DNA of 64,000 nucleotides from Gammaproteobacteria bacterium (GTDB lineage Bacteria; Pseudomonadota; Gammaproteobacteria; JABABF01): NCBI GenBank assembly GCA_965215045.1, contig OZ244031.1, positions 1,066,626 to 1,130,625 of the forward strand, read 5' to 3'. Shown piece by piece: positions 57,547 to 64,000 of this stretch (position 1 is its first letter; each line of letters starts with the position of its first letter). The notes under the pieces were generated by a model. It saw only the letters and a program-made list of their open reading frames with translations, ran no database searches and was not told where the DNA came from. The position numbers and the translations under genes were made by a program.

Positions 57547-58215
57547 ATGACTGAACCAGCGTTTCGAAACCGCGAAGATATGAGCGAACACCTGAAGGCA
57601 GCCGGCCTTGACGACCAGCAGATCCGCAGTATCCTGCAGGTGGTAGCGGGGCTGATGAAAGAGACGGGCCTGGCCATCCGCGCCGACTTGGCGAAGAGTG
57701 AGAAACGCAGCGATGAGCGTCATGAGCAGACCCAGAAACTCATCGAGGTGCATCGTCAGGACAGCCTGGCTCGTGAGAAACGCAACGATGAGCGTCATGA
57801 GCAGACCCAGAAACGCAACGATGAGCGTCATAAGCAGACCCAGAAACTCATCGAGGTGCATCGTCAGGACAGCCTGGCTCGTGAGAAACGCAACGATGAG
57901 CGTCATGAGCAGACCCAGAAACTCATCGAGGTGCATCGTCAGGACAGCCTGGCTCGTGAGAAACTCAACGATGAGCGTCATAAGCAGACCCAGAAACTCA
58001 TCGAGGTGCATCGTCAGGACAGCCTGGCTCGTGAGAAACGCAGTGATGAGCGTCATGAGCAGGCCCAGAAACTCATCGAGGTGCATCATCAGACTAACCT
58101 GATGTTGCATAAACAGGCCTTCTTATGGATACGGTGGGGGTTCGGCATTATCGGGTCTTTCCTGCTCGCCCTCCTGGGCATACTGATCACAGGTGTTATC
58201 AGGGGGTGGTTGTGA
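57547..58215 (+). CDS. small membrane-anchored coiled-coil protein, paralog 3, with an expanded repeat region (DUF1640-like architecture)
   Basis: 222 aa. Same N-terminus. About 4.4 copies of a 25-aa (75-bp) unit RNDERHEQTQKLIEVHRQDSLAREK plus one 11-aa (33-bp) short unit, 57705-58100. Same C-terminal helix and GVIRGWL end as paralog 2. Confidence 0.65.
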   Translation: MTEPAFRNREDMSEHLKAAGLDDQQIRSILQVVAGLMKETGLAIRADLAKSEKRSDERHEQTQKLIEVHRQDSLAREKRNDERHEQTQKRNDERHKQTQKLIEVHRQDSLAREKRNDERHEQTQKLIEVHRQDSLAREKLNDERHKQTQKLIEVHRQDSLAREKRSDERHEQAQKLIEVHHQTNLMLHKQAFLWIRWGFGIIGSFLLALLGILITGVIRGWL

Positions 58216-58301
58216 TCCACTGCATCTGCCCGCATCGCCGACGCTACTCCCGCCTGCGGATGAGCCTGTAGCGTCTCAGCCGCCCCGCCGGCTGAAAGCA
58301 T

Positions 58302-58928
58302 TCAGCGCACGCGGATTTTCGGTGCCGGCGTATCGCCCCGCAGGCTTTTGAGAAATTCTTCGGCGGGTGCCGGTGCAGCCACCTCCGGCAGTCCCTGCGG
58401 CGGGTTCTCCCAGAATTCGCGCCAGGAGGGCCACAGTGCATGCCAGCCGCCCTCGTAGTGTTCGCGTCCCGGCCAGCGCATTTTTTTCTCTCCCACGGGC
58501 GGCTTGTTCAGGTCCGTGGCGTACCAGTACAGCGGCAGGCGGCGGCGGAAATACCACTGCCCCTCGATGCGCTCGTAATTATCCCAGTACATCATCTGCA
58601 TGATCACCCACTCGGGCCCGGTCTCGTGTTCGTTCTTGGAATACACCACGCCGCGGGCGCACCCGGCATCCTCGAACTCGATGATATGCCCGCCGATATG
58701 ATGCGAAGTGCCGGTGAATTGCAGGCGCAAGGTGTCGTCCAGCCAGCGCTTGAGGGCGGCCCGGCCCTGCTCTTCCTTGCTGACCCGGATGTCCGGGGCG
58801 AACAGGTTGACATGCGCATCCAGGTCGCGCACGTCCAGTGACAGGGCGTACTTGGCCGCCAACTGGCGGATGGCGTCCAGGGCCTCCAGCCGTTCGATGC
58901 GGGCCAGCAGTGAACTGTCTGCGCTCAT
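58302..58928 (-). CDS. NTF2-like/SnoaL-like protein
   Basis: Start chosen at the internal ATG (MSADSSLLARIERLEALDAIRQL..., a typical SnoaL-like N-terminus); the table ORF extends to 58976. Confidence 0.6.
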   Translation of the reverse strand: MSADSSLLARIERLEALDAIRQLAAKYALSLDVRDLDAHVNLFAPDIRVSKEEQGRAALKRWLDDTLRLQFTGTSHHIGGHIIEFEDAGCARGVVYSKNEHETGPEWVIMQMMYWDNYERIEGQWYFRRRLPLYWYATDLNKPPVGEKKMRWPGREHYEGGWHALWPSWREFWENPPQGLPEVAAPAPAEEFLKSLRGDTPAPKIRVR

Positions 58929-58972
58929 GCCCGCCCCGGTTTTGCATGCGGTGCGTTCATCGCCGGTATCGC

Positions 58973-59794
58973 TCACTCGACATTGAGTTCATCCACGTCG
59001 CTGGCACCGGCGTTCAACTCGCAGGTTTTGCCCCCGTCGGCGACGATCGTCGCACCGGTTACGTAGGAACTCTCGTCGGAGGCCAGGAACAGGATCACGT
59101 CGGCAATTTCCCGCGCCTCGGCGATGCGGCGCAGCGGCACTGCGGCCGCCGTGGCGCGTTCGGCCGCCTCGCTGCTCAGTGTTGCCCGGGTGCTGGGTGT
59201 CATGACCACGCCCGGGACCACCGTGTTGACCCGCACTCCGGCGGCCGCGCCCTCCAGTGCCGCCGTGCGTCCCAGGCTGATCAGGGCGGCCTTGGCCGCG
59301 CCGTAGGCGGCGGCACCGGGAATGCTGGCCAGTGCTACCACCGAGGAGAGGTTGACGATGCTGCCGCCGCCGCGCTCGATCATCCCGGGCAGGGCCGCGC
59401 GCATGCCGAAGAAGGCCGCATCGAGACTGGTGCGGAAGCAATTGCGCCAGTCTTCGGTGGAGGTCTGGCCGATCATGCCGCCGGCGTAGGAAAAGGCATT
59501 GTTGACCAGCACGTCGAGCCGCCCCCAGGTCTTTTCGCAGTCGGCGACGGCACTGGCAAACTGCTGTTCATCGCCGGCATCCATACCGAGGCAGCGCGCG
59601 TTCCCGCCCTCGCGGGTGATCTGCCGGGCGGTCTCCTCCAGCGGTTCGGTGCGCCGCCCGCAGATCAGCACCTGCGCCCCCTCCGCGGCAAAGCGCCGGG
59701 CGGTGGCCGCGCCGATACCGGTGCCGCCGCCAGTGATCAGCGCGGTCTTGTCCTGTAGACGTCCGCTCACCCCGTTCATCCTCAGAGCATCCAC
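58973..59794 (-). CDS. SDR-family oxidoreductase
   Basis: TGGGTGIG cofactor motif, NNAF, catalytic S...YxxxK (SVVA...YGAAK). Confidence 0.8.
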   Translation of the reverse strand: MDALRMNGVSGRLQDKTALITGGGTGIGAATARRFAAEGAQVLICGRRTEPLEETARQITREGGNARCLGMDAGDEQQFASAVADCEKTWGRLDVLVNNAFSYAGGMIGQTSTEDWRNCFRTSLDAAFFGMRAALPGMIERGGGSIVNLSSVVALASIPGAAAYGAAKAALISLGRTAALEGAAAGVRVNTVVPGVVMTPSTRATLSSEAAERATAAAVPLRRIAEAREIADVILFLASDESSYVTGATIVADGGKTCELNAGASDVDELNVE

Positions 59795-60606
59795 AGGCCG
59801 CCGTTACAGGCCAGGGTCTGTCCGGTCACAAAGGAGCTGTCCCCGGAAGCCAGGAACAGGGCGGCGTGCGCCACCTCTTCCGGCTCTGCCAATCGTCCCA
59901 GGGGCACTCCCTGGATAATGGACTGCGCCCATTCTTCGGAGATGCCCTGCATCAGGCGCGTGTTGGTCGGCCCCGGGCATACGGCGTTGACGCGGATGCC
60001 GCGCGGGGCCAATTCCCGCGCCAGTGAACGGCTGAGTCCCAGCAGGGCGGCCTTGCTGGCGCAATAGTGCACCCCGCCGTCGCCATTGAGTGCCGAGGTA
60101 CTGGAAATATTGATGATCGACCCGCCCCGGCCGCCGTCTTCGGCGGTGCTCATCAGGCGCACCGCCTCCCGGCTGCAGAAGAAGCTGCCGTTGAGATTGA
60201 CGTCCACCACCTTTTGCCAGCCGGCATCTTCCATGTAGACGATGTGGTCGGCGAATACCGTCGCATCCCCGGCACCGCGCTGTGCCATCAGTTCCATGTA
60301 GCGTTCCTGCCCGTCGCCGGGTGCCGAGCCGATGCCGGCATTGTTGACCAGGATGTCCAGGCGTCCGTAGTGTTCCCGGAGTGCTGCAAAAGCGGCGGCC
60401 ACCGCAGTGCTGTCGCTCACGTCGCAGCACCGGGTCGCGCATTCGCCGCCCGCCTTTTCGATGATGCGCCGGGTTTGGTCCAGCTCATCCTCCCCCAGGT
60501 CGACGGCGAAAATTTTCGCGCCCTGGGCGGCGAACAGGCTCGCCGTGGCGCGTCCCATACCCAGGCCGGCACCGGTGACCAGTGCAACTTTTTCTGCCAG
60601 ACGCAT
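59782..60606 (-). CDS. SDR-family oxidoreductase
   Basis: TGAGLGMG, NNAG, and S...YxxxK (STSA...YCASK) motifs; tandem with the previous SDR. Confidence 0.8.
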   Translation of the reverse strand: MRLAEKVALVTGAGLGMGRATASLFAAQGAKIFAVDLGEDELDQTRRIIEKAGGECATRCCDVSDSTAVAAAFAALREHYGRLDILVNNAGIGSAPGDGQERYMELMAQRGAGDATVFADHIVYMEDAGWQKVVDVNLNGSFFCSREAVRLMSTAEDGGRGGSIINISSTSALNGDGGVHYCASKAALLGLSRSLARELAPRGIRVNAVCPGPTNTRLMQGISEEWAQSIIQGVPLGRLAEPEEVAHAALFLASGDSSFVTGQTLACNGGLWML

Positions 60607-60778
60607 CGTGTATGTCTCGCTCTCCCCGGTGGCGGCTCACAAAATGGCACCCATCATACCAGTATGACTGCGGGCCGTCTTGCGCCCGACGCTCTTGTCA
60701 AGCAGCACCGGCGCGGGGCGGCACCCCGGCACCCCGGCCCCGCTGTTCCACCCGCAGTTTTGCGCCGGCCGGTGTTCT

Positions 60779-63624
<2,846 letters not shown>

Positions 63625-64000
63625 ATGGGGCAACCCCGGGATTTTTTAACAACAGGGCAGTATAGCCTTTTCCCGCACCGGGCACATACCGGGCTCCACT
63701 TTCGCCGCCCTGTACCCCACCGCCCCGACCGGCCTTCACCCCGCCGCCCACCCGGACTTCCAGCCGCCCGCCCGGCCTCCGCCCTGGCCTCCCGTCCCGC
63801 CGCCCGCCCGGCCTTTCACCCCGCCGGCCACCCCGGCCCGCCGCCCCGGCCCTCCGCCCTGTACCCCACCGCCCAGCCCGCCCACTCCGCCGCCCGCACC
63901 CGGTTTTTTTGCCCCCGCCCCAACTGTAGACGCATCCGGTTTTTTCCGTATAATGCGCCCCCACGGGTTCCCGTGATGCCCGCAGTGATCCGGTGTTTGT

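Overview
This 64-kb window is a high-GC (about 65-68 %) chromosomal segment whose gene order and protein similarities point to a gammaproteobacterium. Most of it is conserved housekeeping genes packed on both strands: pyrF, nrdAB, argFD, grxD, bfr, rnt, pyrC, argG, adk, hemH, selO, proS, tRNA-Gln, rsmJ, aroBK, a pilMNOPQ/hofMNOPQ-like secretin operon divergent from mrcA (ponA), hemCD, rsmE, metF, ahcY, metK, fabAB, a manC(algA)-galU-manB(algC) sugar-nucleotide cluster, pgi, ispB and uvrA. Three things stand out.
(1) The window is unusually rich in tandem repeats (minisatellites). There are more than 12 arrays with periods of 12, 18, 33, 41, 45, 48, 70, 75 and 79 bp, and several sit inside start regions, linkers or 3' ends of genes.
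(2) A lower-GC restriction-modification cassette of about 1.6 kb (54831-56472) appears to have inserted downstream of an epoxide-hydrolase gene. It is flanked by a roughly 34-bp direct repeat, and an uninterrupted copy of the target sequence survives about 850 bp further on. The methyltransferase carries an internal frameshift; the overlapping HNH nuclease gene is intact.
(3) Three paralogous small-protein genes (one on the minus strand at 14.9 kb, two in tandem on the plus strand at 56.7 and 57.5 kb) encode a conserved N-terminal domain, a variable run of 11-residue (33-bp) repeats and a C-terminal transmembrane helix. All three sit behind near-identical near-consensus sigma70 promoters and a conserved 5' leader. 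The two loci form inverted repeats 41 kb apart, and the tandem pair arose by a microhomology-mediated duplication that carries a deleted epoxide-hydrolase fragment. This family, which I take to be DUF1640-like, is the most likely candidate for an undescribed system here.
No rRNA, CRISPR array, integrase or transposase was recognised.
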